DNA of 64,000 nt from a virus, in IMG/VR virus record IMGVR_UViG_3300033144_003548; one strand, written 5' to 3'. Positions 19,980-30,366 of this stretch are shown here, in pieces. Below the pieces are notes generated by a model. That model searched no databases. It was given only the letters and a program-made list of their open reading frames with translations, and was not told where the DNA came from. Made by a program: the position numbers and the translations under genes. How positions within the stretch are numbered: the first letter of the stretch is position 1; every line of letters starts with the position of its first letter.

Positions 19980-21569
19980 TTACCTCGTAACGGTTGATGT
20001 ATGCCAACCGCCTTGTGCTAAATCGCTATACTTACCTTTACCTTTTGGTTTTTCTGGAGAATAGAACTCGTAATAATAACCATAGACCCAAGTAAGCAAG
20101 GATGCTAAAATGTGGTCATCACCTTTCTGACCACCCGTTGGTGAATAAACGAAGTATTTAGGTTGCCCTAACATATCCCTAGTAAACCCAACCCTCTCAA
20201 GCTCGGCAATCATATCGTCATCTTTTTCGGAGAAGATTATAAGCTGATCGTTCTGACTCCACTTCTGCAAAGTTTGGATAGTAAACTTCTTAATCCTGTC
20301 TTTTACTTCTTTACCTTCCTCATCATAACCAGTTACCACGTTACCCTGGAAATCCACCAAGGTGAGTCTCTTTTCATAGTTCTTACCTTTGAACTCTTCA
20401 AGATCTTGTAACATTTGTCCTAAAGCCAATCCAGAACTACCAGCATCAAGAGTGATCATATTAAATCGGTAGACATTATCCAACCAGTCAATTATTTTGG
20501 CTTGCATTGGGTATTTAATTCTACGCAACTCATATCTAAGAAATATCCTCCACAAGTCACGCTGACGGTAGAGAATAGTAATCATAGTAGGTTCATTCGA
20601 GAAACCAGCATCTATCGCACACGCAATTAGTTCTGGTTGGATTTGTATAGGTAAGTCAGGAGCTTTAAGAATCTCATTGAATTTGCCACCAACTTGTTCT
20701 AGGGTCAAGTTGTTAAGAATGCCAAGTGTAACTTCGTAATCCTCAATTTTCATCAGCTTACGATCAAAAACTGAGAATGCTGGCGAGCCGTGCTGCCCCA
20801 TCACAAGATGGATATAGTCGTCACCCTCCTCACCACCATACTGCTTCAAATCAGCCCTATGTTGTGCTTTGGTATAACGTGAACTTTGCAGCCTAGAAAC
20901 ATTGTGTCTAGACCACCTTTTGTCAACCTGATCAGCTTCATAGAGGATATTCTTCTCACGCATACCATTAGGTACGCCACTAAGCCACATTTGAAATTTA
21001 TCATCCCAGGTTGTCAAACACTGTTGTAAAGAGTTCCAAGCAGTGTAGTTAAATACTTGAGCTTCGTCAACAAAGATGCAAGGAATGTGAAGACCGATAA
21101 TATTACTATCTGCGGAAGATCCAACAATTCTGCAACGAATTGTAGATCCATTAAGAAGTTTGATAAGATGCTCAGAAAAGTTTATACTCATCCTATCAAC
21201 AAAATTTTTAAGGAAGGGTTGTCTTCTAAAGAACTGAGTAATACGTAAGAACACGGGTTCGAGTTGTGCCTTGTTTTGGACAACAAGAACTACTTCATTA
21301 GCACTAGCTCTATGGTACTTACCAGATACAGCATTAAAAATAATCTTGTTTTCAAGACTGACAGTTTTACCAGTAGAACGTCCAGTACAAACACTAACAT
21401 AAGGAGACTCGTCAAGAAGCATCATTTTTTGGTAGTTATCAAATCTCCAACCAGTTCCCTCTTCTATCTCATCATCGGTACTCCTTACAAATTCACTGAA
21501 TAAAACTATATCATCTAAAAGTTCAAGAACAGCTAGATCGCCTTCATCAAGAGTCTGTTTCTCCTTCAT
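19980..21569 (-). CDS. terL: Terminase large subunit
   Basis: Walker A GRSTGKT, Walker B IFVDEAQ, nuclease motifs IDAG and DDHILA. Confidence 0.9.
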   Translation of the reverse strand: MKEKQTLDEGDLAVLELLDDIVLFSEFVRSTDDEIEEGTGWRFDNYQKMMLLDESPYVSVCTGRSTGKTVSLENKIIFNAVSGKYHRASANEVVLVVQNKAQLEPVFLRITQFFRRQPFLKNFVDRMSINFSEHLIKLLNGSTIRCRIVGSSADSNIIGLHIPCIFVDEAQVFNYTAWNSLQQCLTTWDDKFQMWLSGVPNGMREKNILYEADQVDKRWSRHNVSRLQSSRYTKAQHRADLKQYGGEEGDDYIHLVMGQHGSPAFSVFDRKLMKIEDYEVTLGILNNLTLEQVGGKFNEILKAPDLPIQIQPELIACAIDAGFSNEPTMITILYRQRDLWRIFLRYELRRIKYPMQAKIIDWLDNVYRFNMITLDAGSSGLALGQMLQDLEEFKGKNYEKRLTLVDFQGNVVTGYDEEGKEVKDRIKKFTIQTLQKWSQNDQLIIFSEKDDDMIAELERVGFTRDMLGQPKYFVYSPTGGQKGDDHILASLLTWVYGYYYEFYSPEKPKGKGKYSDLAQGGWHTSTVTR

Positions 21570-22098
21570 TGGTATTCACCATTTTGCCACATCTAGGGCA
21601 TTCCACGTCAAAATTGTACTTTATAAGCTCAATAGGTTTTTTCTCCACAGCTATTGAACCTTTTTCACCTTTTTCGGTGATATATATGTAATATTTCATA
21701 ATCGGTAGGTTGCAATCCTTACACCTGAGAATCCTCAATCTAGAGTTCAAAACTTTTTTTGCCTGATCTTTAAGTTTATCAATGTAGCTAATAACACTCT
21801 CTTCACTCTCGCTTTGACGCTTTCTCCTGTCAACACCAAGAGTAGTCTGAAGATTAGTATAGGAATTAACGTGGTCACGAATAGCAGTACTTAAATCTTT
21901 AACTTTCTTAGTATCAGCACCAACCGATTTCAATGCTGCTAATTCGCTTTGAAGCTTCTCAATAATAATCTCCTCTTGGGCAAGCTGCCTCAAAGAAGCC
22001 AGGTCATTAGCTCTATTAAGATCGTCTACTTCGTATGTCTCAAGATAAGTATTAAGTTTTTGCTCTATTTCGTAACCTTTCGGTTTCCTACCTGCCAT
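21547..22098 (-). CDS. Candidate terminase small subunit with C-terminal Zn ribbon
   Basis: Directly upstream of terL; helical; CKDC...CPRC. Confidence 0.45.
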   Translation of the reverse strand: MAGRKPKGYEIEQKLNTYLETYEVDDLNRANDLASLRQLAQEEIIIEKLQSELAALKSVGADTKKVKDLSTAIRDHVNSYTNLQTTLGVDRRKRQSESEESVISYIDKLKDQAKKVLNSRLRILRCKDCNLPIMKYYIYITEKGEKGSIAVEKKPIELIKYNFDVECPRCGKMVNTNEGETDS

Positions 22099-22327
22099 TA
22101 TATCCGTCCCTTATAATCAATCGTCCATCATCAGATATGTCGTATCTATCACCTAGATAGACCAGAGCTAGGGTTGGTCGTCTCCTTCTATTCTTCTCCT
22201 CGTACTGTAAAAATCTTGTCCAAGGTGCTTTAGCTTGTATAGCTTCTTTATGCTCTTTGTAACATTTAGGACAATACCAACCCCGACTGATTCTTTTCAA
22301 ACATATCGAACATAAAAATTCTCTCAT
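22088..22327 (-). CDS. Small Cys-rich protein
   Basis: CSIC..CPKC. Confidence 0.5.
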   Translation of the reverse strand: MREFLCSICLKRISRGWYCPKCYKEHKEAIQAKAPWTRFLQYEEKNRRRRPTLALVYLGDRYDISDDGRLIIRDGYNGR

Positions 22328-22345
22328 CGGGTTTCACCTTCGTAA

Positions 22346-24385
22346 TTAGGTTTCCCGAATATCACCTAAATCAATTGGACAAATATCGTCCTCACACTCA
22401 ACACATAAAGTCTGCAATACTTGGCTAGACCTGCTATTATTACGAAAAACCGTAACCCCTTTGAGATTCATATCATAAGCCAGTTTAATAGCTTTTTCTA
22501 CTTCCTCAATAGTGGCTTCATACGGTAGATTAATCGTCTTAGATATAGAATTGTTAATGTGCCTTTGAAACGCAGCCTGCATCTTGATGTGCCAATCTGG
22601 AGAAATCTCCAAAGCAGTTTTGAATACACGCTGCCACTTATCGGGAACATCGGTTAACCCAAAAACGCAACCACCCGATCTTATTATTTTATTAATAAGC
22701 TCAGGCTTATACCAACCCTCTCTTTTGCTGATTTCCTCAAAAAGTGGGCTTACCTCAAAAAATGTATTGCCCTCTAATATGTTAGCCTTTTGATATACTA
22801 CAGCAAATAAAGGCTCTATACCACTTGATGTTTCCGCAATAATGCTGATACTACCCGTTGGTGCAATTGTAGTGAGTGTAGCATTTCTCTGCGGAGAATG
22901 CACCGTTGATCTGGTAATATTGGGAAAGTCACCACGCTCTTCCGCCAACTTTGCGGATGCCTTCCTCGCCTCTACATTTATAAAGTCCATCACTTCCTCA
23001 GCAACGTTCAAAGCTTCATCAGAGTCATAGGGAATCTCTAATCTTATGAGCATATTAGCAAACCCCATAACCCCAAGACCTATTTTGCGATTACCTTGAC
23101 ACGTTTCCTTAATTTTATCAAGAGGATAGTTAGATACGTCAAGAACATTGTCTAAGAATCTAACTGCGTGATGAACTACCTTCCTCAACGAGCTATAGAT
23201 CACTTTACCATCATCAACGAACTTCTCAAGATTAATAGAACCTAATACACACGCTTCATAAGGAAGCAAATCCTGTTCTGCACACAAGTTCTTTATCAAA
23301 TGACCCAATTCTGGAGTTGGATTATCTTCCTCCATCTTATCCCAAAAAACGATCCCAGGTTCGCCATTAGTCCAGGCTGATTCAGCTAATTGCCTAAACA
23401 AGTGTCTAGCACTTATCTCACGAACAACCTGATTAGTTTTCGGGTTAATTAATGGAAACTTAGAATCGTTCTTAACTGCTCGCATAAATTCATCAGTAAT
23501 TGCTACTGATATATTAAAATTATTGAATTTTGTTTCATCATTCTTGCAACCTACGAACTCAACAATGTCTGGATGAGACACTAGCATTAAACCCAAGTTA
23601 CCACCACGTCTTATGCCGCCCTGCTTGATGACATCGCTAGTCATATCGTAGACTCTCATAAAATCTATAGGTCCACTAGCAATACCTTCAGTGGTCTTAA
23701 CAGGATCACCTTTTGGTCTCAATTTGGAAAGGTTCAATCCAACACCACCACCAGTCTTCTGAACAACGGCACAATCCTTTGCAGTTTGGAAAATATCCTC
23801 GATGGAATCACCTACCTCAAACGCATAGCAAGCAAAGAGGTAATTAAGCTCATCATTACCAGCATTGGCTAGACACGGTGTGTTAGGTAAGAAATATCTG
23901 TTTGCCATCAAGTTATAAAAAGCTCTGCTCCAGTAATCAGGATTACTACCGTAATTCTTTTCTACAGAAGCAACAGCTTTCGCTACTCTACGGAACATTT
24001 GAGATGGAGTTTCTTTCTTGCCATTAAATCTCTTCAAGTATCTTTTCTCAAGCAAAGACAGAGCATTTACACCAAATTTAAGATCGTCCTCTACACCAAT
24101 CACTTGTCTAAATCCACGAACTTGTGCTCGTTGTGCCCTGTAAAGAATATAAGCTTTGGCAAGCTTAGAGCTACCAGATTTGATTAATCCGTCCTCTACT
24201 TTATCTTGAATCTCCTCAACAGATATTTCTCTGTTACCGTTAAGATTATTAGTCACCGTATCAGCAATAGTTTTCGCAAGTTGTTCGTTCACCTCATCAA
24301 CCGCAACCATAGCTTTTATAACGGCATTCACAATCTTCTCGGAATTGTACTTTACAATTCTACCATCACGTTTAATTACTCTCAT
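22346..24385 (-). CDS. nrdJ: Adenosylcobalamin-dependent (class II) ribonucleotide reductase with ATP cone
   Basis: VIKRDG ATP cone, PNTP, NLCAEQ, TIAPTGSIS, C-terminal Cys cluster; no beta subunit nearby. Confidence 0.9.
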   Translation of the reverse strand: MRVIKRDGRIVKYNSEKIVNAVIKAMVAVDEVNEQLAKTIADTVTNNLNGNREISVEEIQDKVEDGLIKSGSSKLAKAYILYRAQRAQVRGFRQVIGVEDDLKFGVNALSLLEKRYLKRFNGKKETPSQMFRRVAKAVASVEKNYGSNPDYWSRAFYNLMANRYFLPNTPCLANAGNDELNYLFACYAFEVGDSIEDIFQTAKDCAVVQKTGGGVGLNLSKLRPKGDPVKTTEGIASGPIDFMRVYDMTSDVIKQGGIRRGGNLGLMLVSHPDIVEFVGCKNDETKFNNFNISVAITDEFMRAVKNDSKFPLINPKTNQVVREISARHLFRQLAESAWTNGEPGIVFWDKMEEDNPTPELGHLIKNLCAEQDLLPYEACVLGSINLEKFVDDGKVIYSSLRKVVHHAVRFLDNVLDVSNYPLDKIKETCQGNRKIGLGVMGFANMLIRLEIPYDSDEALNVAEEVMDFINVEARKASAKLAEERGDFPNITRSTVHSPQRNATLTTIAPTGSISIIAETSSGIEPLFAVVYQKANILEGNTFFEVSPLFEEISKREGWYKPELINKIIRSGGCVFGLTDVPDKWQRVFKTALEISPDWHIKMQAAFQRHINNSISKTINLPYEATIEEVEKAIKLAYDMNLKGVTVFRNNSRSSQVLQTLCVECEDDICPIDLGDIRET

Positions 24386-24546
24386 CTGCCCACCTATGTC
24401 GTTGTTACCAGCTTGCCATCACTATCAACTTTAACGATCTCGTAGTTATTATCACCCACTTTACCGACAAGCAACACTACTTTGCAATTATCGTTAAAAC
24501 CTAATTCTTGTATAAGTTCTTTAAGCTCCGCTAATGTCATTCTTCT

Positions 24547-25020
24547 TTACCTCGTGTCGTATATTCCCGAACCTTTCCGATTCCAATACTTCTTCCAATG
24601 CTTTAAAACCCGCACTGCCTCATCAAAATTTTTGACCATTCTAGTAGCATAGTACTCCATCCAACCACCAACGTGATTTTCAGCAATAACCAGGGTTGGT
24701 TTGTTTGCTATCCAAGTACAATAATAAAACTCACCTGCTGTCCCCCAACTTGCTGTATCACCAGTTAACACTACCAGAGCATCAACTTCACGTAGATCGC
24801 TCAAATCCCTTTGTATAACTTCTTGGATAGACAAACCATTTTTGAAAGCATCGCCAGTAATTTTTGTAGTACCTTTTAAATGTTGCTTTCCACGCATTGG
24901 AGTCCGACACTTAATTCCTATCGCATTAAGTTTTTTTACCATTTCATCACGAGAAGCAACAGCTTCATCATAACTGAGGTTGGCAATCCTCCCTGCTAAA
25001 TAAACCTCAAAATCCTTCAC
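24547..25020 (-). CDS. Nucleoside 2-deoxyribosyltransferase-like protein
   Basis: VYLAG, RDLSDL..D and SWGTAGE motifs. Confidence 0.7.
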   Translation of the reverse strand: MKDFEVYLAGRIANLSYDEAVASRDEMVKKLNAIGIKCRTPMRGKQHLKGTTKITGDAFKNGLSIQEVIQRDLSDLREVDALVVLTGDTASWGTAGEFYYCTWIANKPTLVIAENHVGGWMEYYATRMVKNFDEAVRVLKHWKKYWNRKGSGIYDTR

Positions 25021-25031
25021 TTTCCTCTCCT

Positions 25032-25466
25032 TTACTGTGTTCCAGTTGAACCGAAACCTCCTTCTCCTCTTTTCGTTTCTGATAGGTGACTAACCACCTT
25101 GATTTGTGTTGGAACTAATTTAACTAATTTTGCCTGAGCTATTCTAGACCCAAAGCCAAAAGCTTCAACACGATTTACAAATAAACCATAAAGGTTTATC
25201 ATAATCTCCCCACGATAGTCTGAGTCAATTATTGCGGGTGCGTTTGGAATAATTATTCCCCTTCCAGCAATACCACTCCTGGGATAAACCTCTAGACAAT
25301 ACCCTTCTGGTATCTCGACAGCTATTCCAGTGTGTGCCTTTACTAGCTGTCCATTAGTAATCATTACATCTTCACTAATTGATAAATCAAAGCACGCTGA
25401 CCCATCTGTAGCCAATCTCGGAATTTTTGCCTTGTTGTTAAGTTTCTTTACTTTCAAAACTACCAT
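25032..25466 (-). CDS. dut: Trimeric dUTPase
   Basis: FDL, PRSG, IDSDYRGE, RIAQ and RGEGGFGSTG motifs. Confidence 0.95.
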   Translation of the reverse strand: MVVLKVKKLNNKAKIPRLATDGSACFDLSISEDVMITNGQLVKAHTGIAVEIPEGYCLEVYPRSGIAGRGIIIPNAPAIIDSDYRGEIMINLYGLFVNRVEAFGFGSRIAQAKLVKLVPTQIKVVSHLSETKRGEGGFGSTGTQ

Positions 25467-26030
25467 CTATTCTATCCTATCCACCAGTCCTATCTCCAGA
25501 CTCTCGGTACTGCTAAAGAATCTAGGAAGATTATCGGTAAGTAATTTTTTCCACCAGGACTCAGTATATTTATTGCACCTGGCTGCAACCATTCTTGAAT
25601 ATTCCCCCTGAAAGAATTTAAGCAATTTATCCTCAGCTTCACGGTTTCTCATATCACCGACACTGGTCGCTGTAAGACCGTGTGCCATAAGAACGTCCAT
25701 TCCACCCATAACTCTTTCATCACAGGCTTGAAGAATAAAAAATGCCATTGACATAGCCTGACCATAGACCTTACCAATGACGTTAATCCCTTGTCTCTGA
25801 GCCTCTCTTATCGCAGTAATGCAGCCATTACCATACTCGGCATTACCACCATTAGATGAAATAAGGATGGTAATTGGTTTCTTGCTATCTAGACAAAGAA
25901 GCTTCATATCTTCAATAAAGGTATGTGCTGTGCCACTATCAATTTCACCCCAAATCCCGACTATCCTTGCCTTACGCAGCATAAGTCGTTCTAGTTCAGT
26001 TGTTGCCCCAATAACACTTTCAGATTCCAT
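25467..26030 (-). CDS. clpP: ClpP-family protease
   Basis: ISSNGG, GQAMSMA (catalytic Ser), MAHG (His), GLVDRI. Confidence 0.85.
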   Translation of the reverse strand: MESESVIGATTELERLMLRKARIVGIWGEIDSGTAHTFIEDMKLLCLDSKKPITILISSNGGNAEYGNGCITAIREAQRQGINVIGKVYGQAMSMAFFILQACDERVMGGMDVLMAHGLTATSVGDMRNREAEDKLLKFFQGEYSRMVAARCNKYTESWWKKLLTDNLPRFFSSTESLEIGLVDRIE

Positions 26031-26254
26031 TAATCAATCCACTCCGTTTTCCTTAGTATAATTTTTGCAGTTTCTTTATCCCTGTCGTGCTTCATTTGAG
26101 GAAGAACAGACTTAAAGACACGTCTTATTAATTCCTGCTCCTCATAATCGAAAGTAATGTTACCAATGAACCCTTCAATCCTACCCCTAGTAGTTTTAAG
26201 TTTACTTATCAGACTGCTAAATTCTCTAGAGATAGTGTCATACTGTCTCATCAT
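26030..26254 (-). CDS. Hypothetical protein, probably leaderless
   Basis: Start codons lie immediately after a -10 box. Confidence 0.55.
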   Translation of the reverse strand: MMRQYDTISREFSSLISKLKTTRGRIEGFIGNITFDYEEQELIRRVFKSVLPQMKHDRDKETAKIILRKTEWID

Positions 26255-26255
26255 T

Positions 26256-26284
26256 ATTATACCATATTAATAGTTAATTGTCAA
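26256..26284 (-). promoter_or_regulatory. sigma70-type promoter
   Basis: TTGACAATTAA...TGGTATAAT with 17-nt spacer. Confidence 0.75.
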
Positions 26285-26286
26285 GC

Positions 26287-26562
26287 CTAACCACCCTGAG
26301 AGCACCTGCTACAAGTATGCCAAATCTCGTCCCAACTTCTGCCAGTCTCCTTAGCCACAACAGACTCATATTCAGGGTGTGCTAGTGAATAATCACCTCT
26401 CCTCAAAGGTTCTGCTATGTCACGAATGTGAAGACAACACCAAAAACAAATCTGTCTCCCGTTGAAAAGTGGGCAGTTAATAAAACTCTCAGCATACCTA
26501 GCATCTCTGATGCTTCTATGTTCATTTGGGGCTGCTTTTTCTAAAATACACTTCATTTCCAA
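26287..26562 (-). CDS. Cys-rich hypothetical protein
   Basis: 91 aa, coupled to the upstream ORF 26553-26765. Confidence 0.5.
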   Translation of the reverse strand: MEMKCILEKAAPNEHRSIRDARYAESFINCPLFNGRQICFWCCLHIRDIAEPLRRGDYSLAHPEYESVVAKETGRSWDEIWHTCSRCSQGG

Positions 26563-26892
26563 CCTCTCCTCTTTAAATAGTTGTATATCGCCACTTCGAC
26601 CTTACCAATATTATCCATTAGCTCAAACATCGTAAATGTTATTTTATTTTGAGCGTGACGTTCAACAGTTTGATCCTCAGTATTAAGAGCCTCAAACCCG
26701 TTAATAATCTCTCCCAACCTCTCCTGATTTTTGCGGAGGTTTTTAATTATCTCCGATTTCCTCATCTATATAGTACAAATATTATATATTCTTAGAAGTA
26801 CATTAAGAGGTACTTATTATATTCTATGATCTTATATAAAACGCCTCAAAATGCCCTGGAAATTATCTAGCTGCCAATAAAAAATTTTTAAA

Positions 26893-27261
26893 TTATCTAT
26901 CCAGGTGGTATTTGATATTTAACATTCCACCATATTTTTGACATTTAGTACATATTCCAGTTTTATTATCTACTCGTATACTACGCCCACATAACTTACA
27001 CACATCAGGACAAAGAGATTTAACTAAATCTGGTTTGTCTTTAACAAATTGATCAATGGTGACAAACTCATTTATAAGTCCTCGATGTATCATTCTGTGA
27101 CAATTCGGGCAAGCATATGTTAAATTTTTCAATGACCAGTGTGATCTATTACCATCAATGTGATGAACGTCACAAGCAGTTTGTTTCCACCCACAATAAA
27201 AACACCCCACTTTAATCAGCACTCTTCTTATAAAATTAACGTTCTTTTTTATTCTTAACAT
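26893..27261 (-). CDS. HNH endonuclease
   Basis: CFYCG..DVHHIDG..NL..CPNCHRMIH. Confidence 0.85.
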   Translation of the reverse strand: MLRIKKNVNFIRRVLIKVGCFYCGWKQTACDVHHIDGNRSHWSLKNLTYACPNCHRMIHRGLINEFVTIDQFVKDKPDLVKSLCPDVCKLCGRSIRVDNKTGICTKCQKYGGMLNIKYHLDR

Positions 27262-27805
27262 CTATAATATCATCCATCTGCTTCTTTAATTCATCAATGT
27301 GCTTGTCAGTATAAAGGATAATTCGTCCAACCCTCTTTCCCGAATCTAAATCAATTGGCATATCTATATGGTGACCACGAAATTGATGTCTACCATTTTT
27401 TACACTTCTCCAATACCTCCCATTTTCAGTATTGACAAAAGCGTGAATATTAAACTTACGTTTCCTATAATAAATAACGTAATCAACACCTAGAAGATCC
27501 GTTTTTTCATCATAAACAACTTTCTTGAAGTGCTTCCGTAATAAAAACCCCAAATGGTATTCCCGAACATATGAGAGATAAGCTCTCTTCAATCTTGAAA
27601 CCACACCTCTGTATTTTAAATCTGGAAATTTTTCTTTGAAAGTTCTAATGAATTCTTCCTGTGTTGGGGGAACTTCTTCTTTTATCAGTTCCCTGAAAGT
27701 CGTTAGCATAAATGGTAACGACCTATTCTCTACATCCTCTCCCCGAAATTTTGGTTTACTAATCTTATATTTGGAGAGAACCTCTTCCAACTCTTCAATT
27801 TTCAT
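27236..27805 (-). CDS. Restriction-endonuclease-like PD-(D/E)XK nuclease
   Basis: REYH...DLLGVDYVI pattern, reminiscent of TaqI-like nucleases; not certain. Confidence 0.4.
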   Translation of the reverse strand: MKIEELEEVLSKYKISKPKFRGEDVENRSLPFMLTTFRELIKEEVPPTQEEFIRTFKEKFPDLKYRGVVSRLKRAYLSYVREYHLGFLLRKHFKKVVYDEKTDLLGVDYVIYYRKRKFNIHAFVNTENGRYWRSVKNGRHQFRGHHIDMPIDLDSGKRVGRIILYTDKHIDELKKQMDDIIDVKNKKER

Positions 27806-28077
27806 CCATATTCCCCTTTTAGGCACAAAGAATTAGACTATGATCCCTCATATCTAAGAAAATCACGTCTAGTCTTCGTTTACTAGGGTCACCGTCATCA
27901 TCTTCTGGATATTCATAGGTAATTTTTTCAATGTTGCACTCTCTACACTTCCACGCAGAACGGTGAGAAGCCAGGTGAGTATAGAGGTATCTCATTGGTC
28001 TATCACATCCAGGACAAATGGGTGAATTTTTGTAAACACGATATTTTTCTCCCATTGATGTCTCCTTTATCATCGTG

Positions 28078-28296
28078 CTACTTACCATTTTGATTATTTT
28101 CTCCAGTTTGGCTCTTTCTGAAATAGAACTGCCACATATCACTGAATGCCTTCATTAATACACCACCCACAGTTCCAACACCTAACGCTTCTAGTGCGGT
28201 TAAAGCACCAAGAACTACAGCAGCATATACTGCTCCAGCATAAAACAGCAATATGATAGGAATTATAGCCACAGCTAACCAATTTCTAAATTCCAT
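28078..28296 (-). CDS. Small membrane protein (holin-like topology)
   Basis: Two hydrophobic segments and a charged C-terminus. Confidence 0.45.
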   Translation of the reverse strand: MEFRNWLAVAIIPIILLFYAGAVYAAVVLGALTALEALGVGTVGGVLMKAFSDMWQFYFRKSQTGENNQNGK

Positions 28297-28347
28297 CTTT
28301 TTTATCTCAAACTCGCTTAACCTTCTTTTGGTGTGGATTCTTACATC

Positions 28348-28626
28348 TCATCTTGAGCTTGCCCCATTTAGTACCCACGATATAGGTTTACCAGCATACT
28401 TATTTATCTTGCTAGTGTAGCATACAAACCTACTTGGGCACTTATCACAACTGATGAAATGTGTCGCTCTCATATATTTGCAATTTTCTAGCATTGCAAA
28501 TTCTTCGCCAGTAATCCTTACCTCATCACCATCGCAAACTTCTGATAAGACGCAGGTTTCACACCTCATATTAGAAACCGCTTTGCAGTCTACAACGGGT
28601 TCATTGTCAACATATATCTTTACCAT
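28348..28626 (-). CDS. Cys-module protein directly downstream of the tmRNA
   Basis: Start moved to ATG 28626 (MVKIYVD) because the track's 5' extension overlaps the tmRNA; contains CDKCPSRFVCYT. Confidence 0.65.
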   Translation of the reverse strand: MVKIYVDNEPVVDCKAVSNMRCETCVLSEVCDGDEVRITGEEFAMLENCKYMRATHFISCDKCPSRFVCYTSKINKYAGKPISWVLNGASSR

Positions 28627-28630
28627 TTTG

Positions 28631-28960
28631 TGGAGGTGGGGGAGAGTCGAACTCCCCGTCCAGACCGATCTAATATACACTTTCTACAAGTTTATTTACT
28701 TTGCATCTTAGCAACACTACTAAGTAACAACTCGTGTTGAGCATCCAGCATTTTTAAGCTGAGACTGGAATTAGCTCTTTTTCCGCCACTGAACGGTCTT
28801 CCAAGAGAGTCGTAGCGGGAGTCTCATCTAGGAAGAGTAATCCTTCTTGCAGGACTACGAATAAATTAGGTTTGCCAGTTATTGGCTTTTGCTATTTATA
28901 GTCTTTGCCGACTACTTGCTTATGTATATCAACATCACCCTGTCGAAGCCACGCACCCCC
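28631..28960 (-). ncRNA. ssrA: tmRNA (transfer-messenger RNA)
   Basis: 5' GGGGGTGCGTGGCTTCGAC; 3' GGACGGGGAGTTCGACTCTCCCCACCTCCA; acceptor stem with G3:U70; resume context AATAACT|GGC; tag ORF 28876-28754; CCA not encoded. Confidence 0.92.
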
Positions 28961-28962
28961 GA

Positions 28963-30366
28963 TTATAAAGAACCAACTTCTTTGGCTGCTTTTATTATCT
29001 TATCTGCATCTCGAAGGCTCTTAACATATTCAAGATAGTGTGATTCGGGAAATGTATTCCAAAGCTCGAATTTCTTTTTAGCTAACCACTCCCTGACTAT
29101 TTCTATTGCATATGTTGGTTTCCCTTGATCATCAACTACGTGTTCTGGTTTAACAAAAAAATACCACCTTAAAAACTTAAACATAATTACTCCGCTTTAA
29201 TTACATTACCTTCTGCGTCAGCAATATAATTATTCTCTGTAAGTTCCAAACCAAAGTAATCATCATAGATAGGATGATCAATATCTGGAAAGAACTTCAT
29301 ATTATTTGTCGGTATCCCGATTGGGTTTTCTAGGAACTCTAATCCCCTAGATACCATCATAGCATTTACTGCTTCTTGAACGTCTTCTAATTCACTCATT
29401 ATTTTCCCTGCGGTCCGAAAATTTTTCTAGCTTATTACACTCTGCGAGACTTTTCCAGAGGTTACGTTCTTAGGCAATTCGTCAGAAATTTAATTAACCC
29501 AGGTAAGTCCTCCTCCCGCATAATAAACTCTTCTGTAACTGCATCTTCATCACGTAACAGCTTCCAAACCTGTTTTAACCTCCATTTGAGAGGTGCTCCA
29601 CCACTGGAATTTAGATTGAACGTCAGCATTATCAATCTGCCTGTCTTTTCATCACTCTCAGCACACACGTCTAGAGAGTGAAAAGCATCTTTGCAGTCAC
29701 ACGCTAATCTTATCATTTTGAAGTCAGAGTCATCGAATAGTTTATCCATTAAAATACTCCCTATTATATATATTACCATTTTATGCCCAAGTCTTCCCAA
29801 AAATGGGGGATTTGTGCTATATCTGGAGATTTTCGGCGTGAAGTTGTTCCCAAGTATGTATCAAGTTCATATCACTCTCAGATAGGTATTTTTGGGCTTC
29901 TTGTTGCATCAGGCGGAATCTACGAGTTAACCATATAGAAGGAAGAGCAAGTAGATTATCTCCGTATTCTAGCAGGTTTTCCTCTTTCCAAGTCCTAACC
30001 AAAGCACACACGCTGTCAGCACGTATAGCTAATCTGCACGTAATCCATTGACCTACGTTAAGGTGATAAACAGACGTATATATCCAGAGTTCTCCGTCAA
30101 AAGGACACCCCTGTAACCACGCCTGGGCATTGGTGACTTCACTTAACGTTTCGTCACTTAGCACAAGACGATAAAAATTATCTGGATCTAAGCACGCTAG
30201 GATCGTTCTCATCAAACTCCAAAGCAATATAATTACATTCCGATTGACCATATTCAAGGTCATCACGTTGAGATAGAGCTATTGACTTAGCTTCTGCTGG
30301 ATTATCAGCATCAACATTAATCTCAGCCTTCCCACTCACCTTATATATATGAATATGAAATCTCAT
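28963..30366 (-). CDS. Run of five short hypothetical ORFs (28963-29184, 29187-29399, 29462-29749, 29817-~30200, 30178-30366)
   Basis: Co-oriented and compactly spaced; 30178-30366 resembles the DpnD/PcfM-like small domain. Confidence 0.5.
29765..29801 (-). promoter_or_regulatory. Candidate non-sigma70 (late?) promoter, copy 2
   Basis: Same two blocks as 11424-11460, followed by a GGAG RBS and ATG. Confidence 0.55.

Noticed and set aside
28631-28665. T-arm/acceptor sequence as a tRNA gene or att site
   Set aside because: It pairs with a 5' end about 330 nt away and encloses a tag frame, so it is the tmRNA 3' end; no integrase is present.
28627-28680. 5' extension of track ORF 28348-28680
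   Set aside because: It overlaps the tmRNA tRNA-like domain; ATG at 28626 is more plausible.
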